A stretch of DNA of 62,996 bases from Thermoanaerobaculia bacterium (GCA_035308185.1 DATGHG010000502.1:1-62996); one strand, 5' to 3'. Shown: positions 9,704 through 21,241, counted from the stretch's first letter. Numbers and translations: made by a program. The notes: a model not told the origin generated them from the letters alone.

Positions 9704-10684
9704 TCAGCGCTGGGGTGGCGGGGTGCCGCGATCGCCGGCGGCGGGAGATCCGGCAGTGGTGGCAGTGGTAGTGGTAGTGCCCGGGGGCGGTGGGATCCGG
9801 GTGCCAGCCGTGGAATGTGCCGGCGGTGGCGGGGTCTGGGCGTCAGGCGGGGAGGGCGCCGGAGGCGGCGGGCCTGCGGCGCCGGTCGCCGGAGGTGGCG
9901 GTGCTGGCGGCGGCGGTTGGGAAGGCAGGCCGCCGCGCAGCGCCAGCAGCTCGCGCACGTAGTCGTTGGCGGGAGCGGCGACCAGCTCCTCGGGGCGGCC
10001 GAGCTGCAGCAGCCGGCCGCTGCGCATGACGCCGATGCGATCGCCCAGGCGGAAGGCCTCGCCGAGGTCGTGGGTGACCAGCACCGTGGTCTTGGCCAGA
10101 CGGCGCTTGAGCTCGAGGAACTGGCGGTGCAGCTCGAGGCGGGTGAGCGCGTCGAGGGCGCCGAACGGCTCGTCGAGGAGCACCACCGTCGGGTCGGCGG
10201 CGAGCGCGCGTGCGAAGGCGACGCGCTGGCGCTGCCCGCCGGAGAGCTCGGCCGGGTAGCGGCCGGCATGGGTGGCGGGGTCGAGCCCCACCAGCTCGAG
10301 CATCTCGCGGGCGCGCTCGCCGCGCCGGCGGCGATCCCAGCCGAGCAGCCGCGGCACCAGCTCGACGTTGCGCGCGACGCGCCAGTGGGGCAGCAGGCCG
10401 CCGTCCTGCGGCACGTAGCCGATGCGCCGGCGCAGCGCGATAGGGTCGACGCCGGAAACCGGCTTGCCGGCGACGCGTGCTTCGCCGGTGGTGGGCTCGA
10501 CCAGACGATTGAACAGGCGCAGCAGGGTGGTCTTGCCGCTGCCGCTCTCGCCGACCAGCGCCAGCGTCTCGCCGGCGGCAACGGTGAAGCTGACGCCGGC
10601 CAGGGCGAGGGTGCCGTCGGCCCACATCTTGCCGACCTCGACGACCTCGAGCGCGGCGACCCCGGCCTGGTCTGCTTCAGGCAC
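9704..10684 (-). CDS. ABC transporter ATP-binding subunit (OpuCA/ProV class) with a Pro-rich C-terminal tail
   Basis: Walker A GESGSGKTT, signature LSGGQRQRV, Walker B VVLLDEPFGALD. Start is uncertain: GTG 10684 is chosen over ATG 10777, which would abut the divergent gene. Confidence 0.85.
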   Translation of the reverse strand: MPEADQAGVAALEVVEVGKMWADGTLALAGVSFTVAAGETLALVGESGSGKTTLLRLFNRLVEPTTGEARVAGKPVSGVDPIALRRRIGYVPQDGGLLPHWRVARNVELVPRLLGWDRRRRGERAREMLELVGLDPATHAGRYPAELSGGQRQRVAFARALAADPTVVLLDEPFGALDALTRLELHRQFLELKRRLAKTTVLVTHDLGEAFRLGDRIGVMRSGRLLQLGRPEELVAAPANDYVRELLALRGGLPSQPPPPAPPPPATGAAGPPPPAPSPPDAQTPPPPAHSTAGTRIPPPPGTTTTTATTAGSPAAGDRGTPPPQR

Positions 10685-10785
10685 GGGCGTAGTGTATCCG
10701 CACCGCCAAATTTCGAGCCCCGATCCTGGATCGTGAATGCCGCCGGATGTGGGATTTGCGGCGCGGTGCACTAGCATCTTTGGCT

Positions 10786-12414
10786 ATGAACCATGAGAAC
10801 GTCGGCTTTCCTGGCTCGCAGGGGGCGCGGCTGGCGGGGCGGATCGATGCACCGGAAGGGGAGCCGGCCGCCTATGCCCTGTTCGCCCACTGCTTCACCT
10901 GCTCGAAGGACCTTAAGTCGGCGGGCGCGATCAGCCGCGAGCTGGTGGCGCGGGGCATCGCCGTGCTGCGGTTCGATTTCACCGGCCTCGGCGCCAGCGG
11001 CGGAGAGTTCGCCGACACCAACTTCACCTCGAACGTCGAGGACCTGGTCGCGGCGGCCGATTTCCTGCGGCGGGAGCGGCAAGCGCCGGCGCTGCTGGTC
11101 GGGCACAGCCTGGGCGGCACGGCGATGCTGGCGGCGGCGGCGCGTATCCCGGAAGCGGTGGCGGTGGCCACCATCGGTGCGCCGAGCGATACCCGCCTGC
11201 TGCGCGCCAAGCTGGCCGCGCGCCTGCCGCAGTTGGCTGGCGACTCCGGTACCGGCGCTGCGCCCCGCCGCGCCGGCCTGACCGCGGAGGCGAGGGCGGC
11301 CGAGGGCACCGGCCCAGGCGTCGAGGAGGCTGGGCAGGGAGTCGAGAGGGCTGCGGAAGGCACCGAGGATGCCGTGGAAGGCGTCAAGAGGGCTGGGCAG
11401 GGTGCCGTGAAGACCGCGGAAGGTGTCGAGGAGGCAGTGGAGAGCGTCGGGCAGACCGAGGAGCCTGCCTTCGAGATCAACCTCGGCGGGCCTCGTCCGG
11501 TCCGCATCCGCCGCCAGCTGCTCGAGGACTTGGCGGGCGACCACCTGGGGGGAGTGCTGGCCGGTTTGGGCAAGGCGCTGCTGCTGTTCCACTCGCCGGC
11601 CGATCGCATCGTCGGCATCGAGCAGGCCGAGCGCCTGTTCCTGGCCGCGCGCCACCCCAAGAGCTTCGTCTCGCTGGGCGATGCCGACCACCTCCTCTCC
11701 AACCCGCGTGACGCCTCCCAGGCCGGAGCGGTGCTGGCGGCCTGGGCCACCCGGTACCTGGCGGCTGGAAGCGGCCAGGGTTCACATGTCAACGGGCAGG
11801 ATCCCCACGCGGGTCAGAGTCCCCACGCCATCGGCCAGGGTCCAGGGAAGGTCGGCGTCGTCACCGGTACGGGCATCCCGGCGCTCCCGGCCACGCTCGG
11901 AGCCGCGGAAACCGGGGAGCTGTCTGCCGGTACGGGCAGCGAGTCCCCGCTCGGCGCCGGCGCCGCGACCCCATCGCTCCCCGCCTTGGCGGCCGGCGAG
12001 GTCGAGGTCACCGGCGGCGCGCCGGCGTTGCGCCAGGAGGTGCGAGTGGGCGGACACCGCCTGGTCGCCGACGAGCCGGTGGCCGACGGCGGCGCCGACG
12101 CCGGTCCGACCCCCTACGGCTTGCTGCTGGCCGCCCTGGGCACCTGCACCGGGATGACCCTGCGGCTCTATGCCGACCGCAAGGGCATGCCGCTGACCGG
12201 CACTCGGGTGCGTTTGCGCCACTCGCGCGACCACCGGGTGGACTGCGAACAGTGCGCCGAGAGCGGAGCCAGAATAGAGCGCATCGACCGCCAGCTCGAG
12301 CTGCTCGGGCCGCTCAGCGAAGAGCAGCGCGCCCGGCTGCTGGCGATCGCCGACCGCTGCCCCGTCCACCGCACCCTGACCTCCCACGTCGAGGTGGTGA
12401 CCCGGCTGGTCTAG
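10786..12414 (+). CDS. Bifunctional alpha/beta hydrolase / OsmC-family protein
   Basis: N-terminal FAHCFTCSKD..LRFDFTGLG..GHSLGG (nucleophile elbow). C-terminal OsmC-like GPTPYGLLLAALGTCTGMTLRLYA. A repetitive Glu/Gly/Ala linker separates the two parts. Confidence 0.85.
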   Translation: MNHENVGFPGSQGARLAGRIDAPEGEPAAYALFAHCFTCSKDLKSAGAISRELVARGIAVLRFDFTGLGASGGEFADTNFTSNVEDLVAAADFLRRERQAPALLVGHSLGGTAMLAAAARIPEAVAVATIGAPSDTRLLRAKLAARLPQLAGDSGTGAAPRRAGLTAEARAAEGTGPGVEEAGQGVERAAEGTEDAVEGVKRAGQGAVKTAEGVEEAVESVGQTEEPAFEINLGGPRPVRIRRQLLEDLAGDHLGGVLAGLGKALLLFHSPADRIVGIEQAERLFLAARHPKSFVSLGDADHLLSNPRDASQAGAVLAAWATRYLAAGSGQGSHVNGQDPHAGQSPHAIGQGPGKVGVVTGTGIPALPATLGAAETGELSAGTGSESPLGAGAATPSLPALAAGEVEVTGGAPALRQEVRVGGHRLVADEPVADGGADAGPTPYGLLLAALGTCTGMTLRLYADRKGMPLTGTRVRLRHSRDHRVDCEQCAESGARIERIDRQLELLGPLSEEQRARLLAIADRCPVHRTLTSHVEVVTRLV

Positions 12415-12869
12415 GCCCACCAGCCTGTCGAACCCGACCCGACCCGGGCGGCTGGCGATCCGACTGTAACGCCAGGCTAGACCTCTAGAGGCGCCAGCGC
12501 CGTCCCCGCCAAGAGACGCGCGACCTGGCGCCAGACCTGCGCCGTCGCTGCTTCGGACCGGCAAACTATTCTCTGTAAGTCATTTAGGTCCTGGCGCGGG
12601 CAGTGGCACGGTTCTTGATTTATACCCCCTGCGGACGAGGAAAGACGTGATGACGAACCACCGCAAGTCGACGTCAGGCCACCCCCTCAACGCCCTCCCT
12701 CCGGCGGCAGGCCAGAGGAAGGGCTCGGCCAAGCCGGCTGCGCCTCGCTCATCCCGTCTTCCCCTCGCCCGGTAGCGCGCATCGACAGTCTCCTCTCCCA
12801 AGCGCCGGGGCGGGTCTCAACCCTCCACCCTCCCCGGCCACTTTTTTCTACCACCGTATAATCGTCGGT

Positions 12870-14189
12870 GTGAGCGAAGACGCCGAGCTGGCGCCCCGGA
12901 TCGTACCGCGGTCCGAGCACCCGATCTCCCGCAACGACATCGACAAGAACGCCGTCAAGGTTCTCTACCGGCTGAACAAGGCAGGCTATCGCGCCTGCCT
13001 GGTGGGCGGCGGGGTGCGCGACCTCATGCTCGGTCGGCGGCCGAAGGACTTCGACGTCGGGACCAACGCCCGCCCCAACGAGGTGCGGCGGCTCTTCGGC
13101 AACTCGCGCATCATCGGCCGCCGCTTCCGCCTCGTCCACGTCTATTTCCAGGACGGCGACGTCGTCGACGTCTCCACCTTCCGCCGCGACCCCGACCCCG
13201 ACGAGCAGTCCGCTCCCGGTGAGCTGCTGATCACCAGCGACAATTCCTACGGCACCCCGCGCCAGGATGCCTTCCGCCGCGACTTCACCGTCAACGCGCT
13301 GTTCTACGACATCGCCGACTTCAGCGTCATCGACTACACCGGCGGCATCGAGGACCTGCGCAAGCAGCTCATCCGGGCCATCGGCGACCCCGGCGTCCGC
13401 TTCCGCGAGGACCCGGTGCGGATGCTGCGCGCCTGCGAGTTCGCCGGCCGCCTGGGCTTCGGCATCGAGGCCGGCACCCAGGAGGCGATTCACCAGCATC
13501 GGCGCGAGCTCGAAAAAGCCTCGCCGGCGCGGGTCACCGAGGAGATCGCGCAACTGCTGCGCTGCGGCCACGCCGGCGCCGCGATGCAGTGGATGCTGGA
13601 GCTGGGCCTGCTGGAGGTCCTGCTGCCGGAGGCTTACGCCATGCTCGCCGCCGACGAGCGCGGCCTGGGCAGCTTCGGCCAGATCCTGCCGGTGGTCGAT
13701 CGCCTGGTCTCCGGCGGCCGGGAGCTCCCCGACACCACGCTGCTCGCCGCCCTGCTGCTGCCCAAGATCATGCTCCGGCGCGACGACGTCGAGGGCATCG
13801 GCCAGCGGCCGATGAGCCGCGCCGCCATCGAAGAGCTGGTCGAGGAGGAGAGCGAGCCCCTGCTGGCGCGCTTCACGGTCTCGAACCTGAAGTCGCAGCA
13901 GATCCGCCGCGCCCTGGTCGGTTTCTTCCGCCTCTGCGAGCCGCGCGCCAGCGTGGCGGAGCGCCTGCGACTGACGCGCCGGCCCTTCTTCGGGGATTCC
14001 CTGGTGCTGTTCGAGCTGCTGGTGCTGGCCACCGGCGAAGGCAAGGAGGCCCTCGCCGAATGGCAGGCGCTGGCCCGCCGCCGCACGGGGCCGACGGCAG
14101 CCGTTGCGCAACCGGCGGCAGCGGCGCAGCCGGCGGCGGAGGCGCCGGCGCGCGCCCGAGTCCGCCGGCGCCGGCGGCGGCGCGGTTGA
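12870..14189 (+). CDS. pcnB: Poly(A) polymerase I
   Basis: ISRNDIDKNAVKVLYRLNKAGYRACLVGGGVRDLMLGRRPKDFDVGT, RIIGRRFRLVHV. GTG start, preceded by TATAAT at about 12857. Confidence 0.9.
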   Translation: MSEDAELAPRIVPRSEHPISRNDIDKNAVKVLYRLNKAGYRACLVGGGVRDLMLGRRPKDFDVGTNARPNEVRRLFGNSRIIGRRFRLVHVYFQDGDVVDVSTFRRDPDPDEQSAPGELLITSDNSYGTPRQDAFRRDFTVNALFYDIADFSVIDYTGGIEDLRKQLIRAIGDPGVRFREDPVRMLRACEFAGRLGFGIEAGTQEAIHQHRRELEKASPARVTEEIAQLLRCGHAGAAMQWMLELGLLEVLLPEAYAMLAADERGLGSFGQILPVVDRLVSGGRELPDTTLLAALLLPKIMLRRDDVEGIGQRPMSRAAIEELVEEESEPLLARFTVSNLKSQQIRRALVGFFRLCEPRASVAERLRLTRRPFFGDSLVLFELLVLATGEGKEALAEWQALARRRTGPTAAVAQPAAAAQPAAEAPARARVRRRRRRRG

Positions 14190-14260
14190 AGCGAAGTCCC
14201 ATCGCAGAGGGGGAAGGGCATACGATAGGCGCGGGCGGCGCGACTCGATGAGGACAATGC

Positions 14261-14944
14261 ATGGCCTGGTTCCCTGACCTGTACCGGTCCGCGGTCGGCA
14301 AGAAGGCGGTGATGGGCGCGACCGGGATCGTGCTGTTCGCATTCGTGCTCGGGCACATGCTCGGCAACCTCAAGCTCTACCTGGGGCCGGAGGCCTACAA
14401 CGGCTATGCCCGCTTCCTGCGCACCGTCGGCGAACCGGTGGTACCGGCCAACGTGCTGCTGTGGCTGGTGCGGCTGGTGCTCATCGCCTGCGTCCTGCTG
14501 CACGTCGCGGCGGCCTGGCAGCTGACCCGCGTGAGCCGGGCGGCGCGCCCGGCGGCCTACGTCGCCGGCGCCCGCATCCACACCACTTACGCTTCCCGCA
14601 CCATGCGCTGGGGCGGCGTGATCATCCTGCTCTTCGTCGTCTACCACCTGCTGCACTTCACCTGGGGCACCGTGCACCCGAGCTTCATCCCGGGCGACGT
14701 GTACCACAACGTGGTCACCGGTTTTCAGGTGTGGTGGGTCGCCCTCTTCTATGTCACGGCGCAGCTCGCTCTCGGCCTCCACCTCTACCACGGCCTGTGG
14801 AGCATGTTTCAGTCGCTGGGCTGGAACCATCCGCGGTTCAATCTCTGGCGTAACGGCTTCGCCCACGCCTTTGCCTGGATCGTCACCGCCGGCAACATCT
14901 CGTTCCCGGTGGCCGTGCTGACCGGCCTGGTCGGCCTGCGCTGA
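14261..14944 (+). CDS. sdhC: Succinate dehydrogenase/fumarate reductase cytochrome b subunit (b558 type)
   Basis: Five-TM haem-b protein directly upstream of sdhA/sdh[28 protein letters not shown] is typical of the family. Confidence 0.85.
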   Translation: MAWFPDLYRSAVGKKAVMGATGIVLFAFVLGHMLGNLKLYLGPEAYNGYARFLRTVGEPVVPANVLLWLVRLVLIACVLLHVAAAWQLTRVSRAARPAAYVAGARIHTTYASRTMRWGGVIILLFVVYHLLHFTWGTVHPSFIPGDVYHNVVTGFQVWWVALFYVTAQLALGLHLYHGLWSMFQSLGWNHPRFNLWRNGFAHAFAWIVTAGNISFPVAVLTGLVGLR

Positions 14945-14958
14945 GGGAACCGACGGCC

Positions 14959-16892
<1,934 letters not shown>

Positions 16893-16893
<1 letters not shown>

Positions 16894-17639
16894 TGGACCT
16901 CACGCTCTACGTCTGGCGCCAGTCGGGGCCTGCCGCACCCGGGCGGATGGAGCGCTACGAGGCCGCCGGCATCAATCCCGACAGCTCGTTCCTCGAGATG
17001 CTCGACGTCGTCAACGAGCGCCTGGCCGAGCGCGGCGAGGACCGCATCACTTTCGATCACGACTGCCGCGAGGGGATCTGCGGCATGTGCGGCTTCATGA
17101 TCAACGGCGAGGCCCACGGGCCGCGGCGCGGCACCACGGTCTGCCAGCTGCACATGCGGCACTTCCGGGACGGTGACGTGCTGCACCTCGAGCCCTGGCG
17201 GGCCAAGGCGCTGCCGGTGGTCAAGGACCTGATGGTCGACCGGAGCGCCTTCGACCGCATCATCGAGGCCGGCGGCTTCATCTCGGTGTCGACCGGCAGC
17301 GCGCCGGAGGCCAACCTGACGCCGGTGCCCAAGCCGATCGCCGATCGCGCCTTCGAGGCCGCCGAGTGCATCGGCTGCGGCGCCTGCGTCGCCCAATGCC
17401 CGAACGGCGCGGCGCAGCTGTTCACCGCCGCCAAGGTCTCCCACCTGGGGCTGCTGCCGCAGGGGCAGCCCGAGCGCTACGACCGGGCGCTGGCGATGGT
17501 GGAGGCGATGGAGCGGCAGGGGTTCGGTGCCTGCTCCAACCACGCCGAATGCCAGGCCGTCTGCCCGAAGGGGATCTCGATCGACTTCATCGCGCGCCTG
17601 AATCGCGACTTCCTGCGGGCGCGGGCGCGCAAGACCTGA
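16893..17639 (+). CDS. sdhB: Succinate dehydrogenase/fumarate reductase iron-sulfur subunit
   Basis: Cys clusters CREGICGMCG, CIGCGACVAQCP and CSNHAECQAVCPKGI. The ATG overlaps the sdhA stop. Confidence 0.95.
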
Positions 17640-17660
17640 GGAGATAGGGGGGAGAACGCG

Positions 17661-18149
17661 ATGGCGGCCGATCGTGGCGCAGCGGACCAGCACCTGCAAC
17701 CGGCGGCGCGCTCGGCGACGCCCCCGGCCCCGACCCCTCCCCCTCCGACATCGCCGGGAGCGTCGGCTCCTCCTCGCCGTCGCCGCCGTCGCTGGCCGCT
17801 GCTGCTGGTGGCGCTGCTGGTTCTGGCGGCTGCCTGCTGCGCGCTCTACGTCTGGGCGGCGCTGGGCTACAGCTACTCCTCCGGCGAGCGTGCCGGCTAC
17901 GTGCAGAAGTTCTCTCACAAGGGTTGGATCTGCAAGACCTGGGAGGGCGAGCTGGCGATGGTGAACCTGCCCGGGTCGATGCCGGAGATCTTCCGCTTCA
18001 CCGTCCGCGGCGACGCGGTCGCGGCGCGCCTGAACCAGACCATGGGCCAGCGGGTGGCGCTGCACTACGAGCAGCATCGCGGCGTTCCCACCTCCTGCTT
18101 CGGCGAGACCGAGTATTTCGTGACCGACGTGCGGCCGGTGGGCCCGTAG
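17661..18149 (+). CDS. Hypothetical membrane-anchored protein
   Basis: Pro/Ala-rich N-terminus, single TM helix WPLLLVALLVLAAACCALYVWAAL, then a compact soluble domain. Coding-like third-position bias. No family name recalled. Confidence 0.6.
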   Translation: MAADRGAADQHLQPAARSATPPAPTPPPPTSPGASAPPRRRRRRWPLLLVALLVLAAACCALYVWAALGYSYSSGERAGYVQKFSHKGWICKTWEGELAMVNLPGSMPEIFRFTVRGDAVAARLNQTMGQRVALHYEQHRGVPTSCFGETEYFVTDVRPVGP

Positions 18150-18163
18150 GGAGCTCGCGCGGC

Positions 18164-18508
18164 ATGGCTCACCTGGTGCTGCAGGACGTGGATCCGCGGG
18201 TGATCGACAGCCTGAGCGCGCGCGCCGGCCGCCACGGGCGCTCGGTGGAGGAGGAGGCGCGCGCCCTGCTCGAAGGCGCCCTGGGCTTTTCCCGCGAGCG
18301 GGCGCTGGAAGGCGCCCGCCGCCTGCGGGCGCAATGGGCCGGCCGGCCGCTCACCCCGAGCGGCGAGCTCATGGCCCAGGACGGCGACCGGCTTGCCGCG
18401 GAGACCGCGGGTGCGAGCGGCGCTGCACCTTCCGCGTCCTCCGCCAGGTCCAGGGGTGCCGGCGGCGCCAGCCAGGGCGGCGCCGGGGAGGGTAAGGACC
18501 GGTGGTAG
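18164..18508 (+). CDS. vapB: Ribbon-helix-helix (FitA/Arc-like) type II antitoxin
   Basis: In-frame ATG 18164. MAHLVLQDVDPRVIDSLSARAGRHGRSVEEEARALLEGAL is the FitA/Arc RHH pattern. A PIN toxin gene follows. Confidence 0.7.
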   Translation: MAHLVLQDVDPRVIDSLSARAGRHGRSVEEEARALLEGALGFSRERALEGARRLRAQWAGRPLTPSGELMAQDGDRLAAETAGASGAAPSASSARSRGAGGASQGGAGEGKDRW

Positions 18509-18536
18509 CGGCCCTGGTGATCCGGAGGAGCGTCCG

Positions 18537-18965
18537 GTGCGGCGCTGCGTGATCGACGCCAGCGTCGCGGCGCAGTGGTATTTCCCCGAACCGCTCACCG
18601 CTCACGCCGACGCGCTGCTCGCCGGCTCCTGCGACCTGCTGGCGCCCGATCTGCTGGTCCTCGAGATCGCCGGCCTGCTGGCGCGGCGGGTGCGTCTCGG
18701 CGAGATCGACGAGCAGGGCGCCCGGGCGGTGCTGGCCGAGTTGCGCCAGGTCCCCTTCGAATGGACACCGCTGTCGGCGCTGGTGCCGGCCGCGATGGGT
18801 CTGGCGCTGGCCGGCGATCTGCCGCTTGCGAGCGGCGTCTACCTGGCTCTGGCGATGCAGTCCGATTGCTCGCTGGTCACCGCCGACCGCCAGCTCCACG
18901 ACACCCTCAGCGCCGGCCGCTTCGCCGGGCATCTGGTGTGGCTGGGGGACTTGGCGGCCGGGTGA
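18537..18965 (+). CDS. vapC: PIN-domain type II toxin (VapC family)
   Basis: GTG 18537 start. CVIDASVAAQW (first acidic Asp), LVLEIA, LALAMQSDCSLVTADRQL (C-terminal Asp). Confidence 0.8.
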   Translation: MRRCVIDASVAAQWYFPEPLTAHADALLAGSCDLLAPDLLVLEIAGLLARRVRLGEIDEQGARAVLAELRQVPFEWTPLSALVPAAMGLALAGDLPLASGVYLALAMQSDCSLVTADRQLHDTLSAGRFAGHLVWLGDLAAG

Positions 18966-18972
18966 GGCCGGC

Positions 18973-19332
18973 TCACCCGGGAGGAGCCTCGGTCTGGAAT
19001 TGCTGTATCAAGGTGGACAACTGTTTCGTGAGCGGGGGAAGCTTTGAGTCGACGATATCCCAGATGATATCAAGATCGATTCCGAAGTAACCGTGGATCA
19101 GGATGTCTCGCAGGCCGGCGAGCTTCCGCCACTCGATATCTGGATGTCGCGATCTGAGCGATTCTGGTACTTGCTTGGCAGCCTCACCGAGTATCTCCAG
19201 ATTTCGTACCACGGCGTCGACCGTGCGCGTGTCACCAAGGAAGTCTTGGTAGGTCAGCCCCACCGTGTAGGATCTTATTCTCTCAGCCGCGGCCAGCATG
19301 TCTCCCAGGTAGATTTTAGAGTCCCGGGGCAT
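18973..19332 (-). CDS. hepT: HepT-like (DUF86) ribonuclease toxin
   Basis: VVRNLEILGEAAKQVP and RDILIHGYFGIDLDIIW (R-x4-HxY motif). Overlaps the upstream MNT gene by 17 nt. Confidence 0.9.
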   Translation of the reverse strand: MPRDSKIYLGDMLAAAERIRSYTVGLTYQDFLGDTRTVDAVVRNLEILGEAAKQVPESLRSRHPDIEWRKLAGLRDILIHGYFGIDLDIIWDIVDSKLPPLTKQLSTLIQQFQTEAPPG

Positions 19333-19621
19333 AGATGGTTTCGCTCAAGATCCGATCGCGGAGCTGCGGCTTGAGCCCCTCGGAGGTGACCAGGTCGATG
19401 GTGCGACCGCAGAGCTGCTCCAGGAAGTACTTCAGATCCATGTAGTTGTCGAAGGTCTTGCGACCTGGCTCGAAGTCGACCACGAAGTCCAGATCGCTGT
19501 CAGGGCCGGCCTCGTTCCGCGCGACGGATCCGAACAGGCCAAGCCGCTGCACTCCCCAACCACGGAGGCGGGTCCGCTGATCGGCGAGCGCTTGCAACAG
19601 TTGGTGGCGATCGAGGTCCAT
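19316..19621 (-). CDS. mntA: MNT-type nucleotidyltransferase antitoxin
   Basis: LGLFGSVARNEAGPDSDLDFVVDF (GS-x10-DxD nucleotidyltransferase motif). Confidence 0.9.
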   Translation of the reverse strand: MDLDRHQLLQALADQRTRLRGWGVQRLGLFGSVARNEAGPDSDLDFVVDFEPGRKTFDNYMDLKYFLEQLCGRTIDLVTSEGLKPQLRDRILSETIYAPGL

Positions 19622-19636
19622 CGTTCGGTTTCTCCC

Positions 19637-21241
19637 CTACGAGAATATCCTGAACCACCAGCCGAAGAGCTTGCGGACGCGCGGGGTGAGCTTGCCGCGG
19701 CGCCAGGTGTCGGCGGCCTTCTTGACCACCTCGGCTTGCGTGGGGTACGGGTGGATGACGCCGGCGATGCTGCCCAGGCCGATGCCCTGGGTGATCGCCA
19801 GGCAGAGCTCGCCCAGCATGTCGCCGGCGTGCTCGGCGACCAGCGTGGCGCCGAGGATCCGGTCGCCGCCGCGCTCGAGGTGGATGCGCAGGAATCCCTC
19901 GTCCTCGCCGTCGAGGACCGCACGGTCGTTGTCGGCGAGCGGCACGGTAAGGGTGTCCACCGCGATACCGCGGTCGCGGGCCTCGCGCTCGTAGAGGCCG
20001 ACGTGGGCGACTTCGGGGCTGGTGTAGGTGCACCAGGGAACGGTCAGCGCGCTGGCCTTCCCCCGGCCGAAGAACAGCGCGTTTTGGATCACCAGCCGCG
20101 CCTGGGCGTCGGCGACGTGGGTGAACTGGAAACGCGACGACACGTCGCCGCAGGAACGCGACGCCACGTCGCCGCAGGAATAGATGCGCGGGTTGCCGGT
20201 GCGCAGGCGGTCGTCCACCTCGACGCCGCCCGCGCCGTAGCGGACGCCGGCGGCCGCGAGGCCCAACCCCTCGACGTTCGGCTGGCGGCCGGTGGCGACG
20301 AGGATCTCGTCCACCGCCAGCTCGCGGCCGCCCTGAGGCGTGGCGCCCCCGGTCGCTCCAACCGCTCCGGTACTTGCGATCGTCAGCACCTTGCCGGCGC
20401 CCTCGCGCCGCACCGCCGTGGCCTCGACGCCGAGCTCGAGGTGCACGCCGTCGCGCGCCAGGGCGGCCGCCACGATCGTCGCGGCGTCCGCATCCTCGCG
20501 CGGCAGGAGCTGCGCCGAGCGGCCCACCAGCGTCACCTCGCTGCCGAAGCGCGCGAAGGCCTGCGCCAACTCGCAGCCGATCGGGCCGCAGCCCAGCACC
20601 GCCAGGCGCGGCGGCAGCACGGTGAGATTGAAGATCGTCTCGTTGGTGCGGTAGCCGGCCGCGGCCAACCCGGCGATCGGCGGCACCGCGGCCCGCGCAC
20701 CGGTGGCGATGACGGCGCGGCGGAAGTGCAGGCGACGGCCGTCCACCTCGACGGCGTCCGGGGCCACGAAGCGACCGTCGCCCAAGAACAGGTCGATGCC
20801 GAGGCCGCGGAAGCGCTCGGCGCCGTCGTGCGGGCTGATGCCGGCACGCAGCCGGCGCATCCGCTCCATGGCGGCGGCGAAGCTCCCTTCGCCGGTCGCC
20901 GGGGGTCCGCCGAAGTGCGCGGCGGACCGGCGCGCCTCCGCCCAGGAGCGGGCGGCGCGAAGGACGGCTTTCGACGGCACGCAACCGACGTTGAGGCAGT
21001 CGCCGCCCATCAGGTGGCGCTCGACCAGCGCCACCCGCGCGCCCAGCCCCGCCGCGCCCGCCGCCGACACCAGACCGGCGGTGCCGGCGCCGACGACCAC
21101 CAGGTGATAGCGCGGCGCCGGCTGGGGATTGATCCAACCCGCCGGATGGACGTTGGCGAGCAACTCCCGGTTGTGCTCGTCGAGCGGCTCGACCGGAAAC
21201 GGCGCTGCCGTGGGCGTGGCGGCGGTTCCAGGCTCAGGCAT
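19637..21241 (-). CDS. Pyridine nucleotide-disulfide oxidoreductase (mercuric-reductase/dihydrolipoamide-dehydrogenase-like)
   Basis: YHLVVVGAGTAGL, redox-active GGDCLNVGCVPSK, second Rossmann motif LAVLGCGPIGCE, GDV motif, and C-terminal dimerisation HPYPTQAE. Confidence 0.9.
   Translation of the reverse strand: MPEPGTAATPTAAPFPVEPLDEHNRELLANVHPAGWINPQPAPRYHLVVVGAGTAGLVSAAGAAGLGARVALVERHLMGGDCLNVGCVPSKAVLRAARSWAEARRSAAHFGGPPATGEGSFAAAMERMRRLRAGISPHDGAERFRGLGIDLFLGDGRFVAPDAVEVDGRRLHFRRAVIATGARAAVPPIAGLAAAGYRTNETIFNLTVLPPRLAVLGCGPIGCELAQAFARFGSEVTLVGRSAQLLPREDADAATIVAAALARDGVHLELGVEATAVRREGAGKVLTIASTGAVGATGGATPQGGRELAVDEILVATGRQPNVEGLGLAAAGVRYGAGGVEVDDRLRTGNPRIYSCGDVASRSCGDVSSRFQFTHVADAQARLVIQNALFFGRGKASALTVPWCTYTSPEVAHVGLYEREARDRGIAVDTLTVPLADNDRAVLDGEDEGFLRIHLERGGDRILGATLVAEHAGDMLGELCLAITQGIGLGSIAGVIHPYPTQAEVVKKAADTWRRGKLTPRVRKLFGWWFRIFS

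Noticed and set aside
12560-12800. Possible SRP RNA, RNase P RNA or another structured RNA (GAGGAAAGAC, and CAGGCCAGAGGAAGGGCUCGGCCAAG resembling the SRP helix 8 region).
   Set aside because: RNase P would need GAGGAAAGUCCGG, which is not matched. The SRP-like stretch lacks the GNRA tetraloop and symmetric-loop context. The resemblance is too weak to call without a covariance-model scan.
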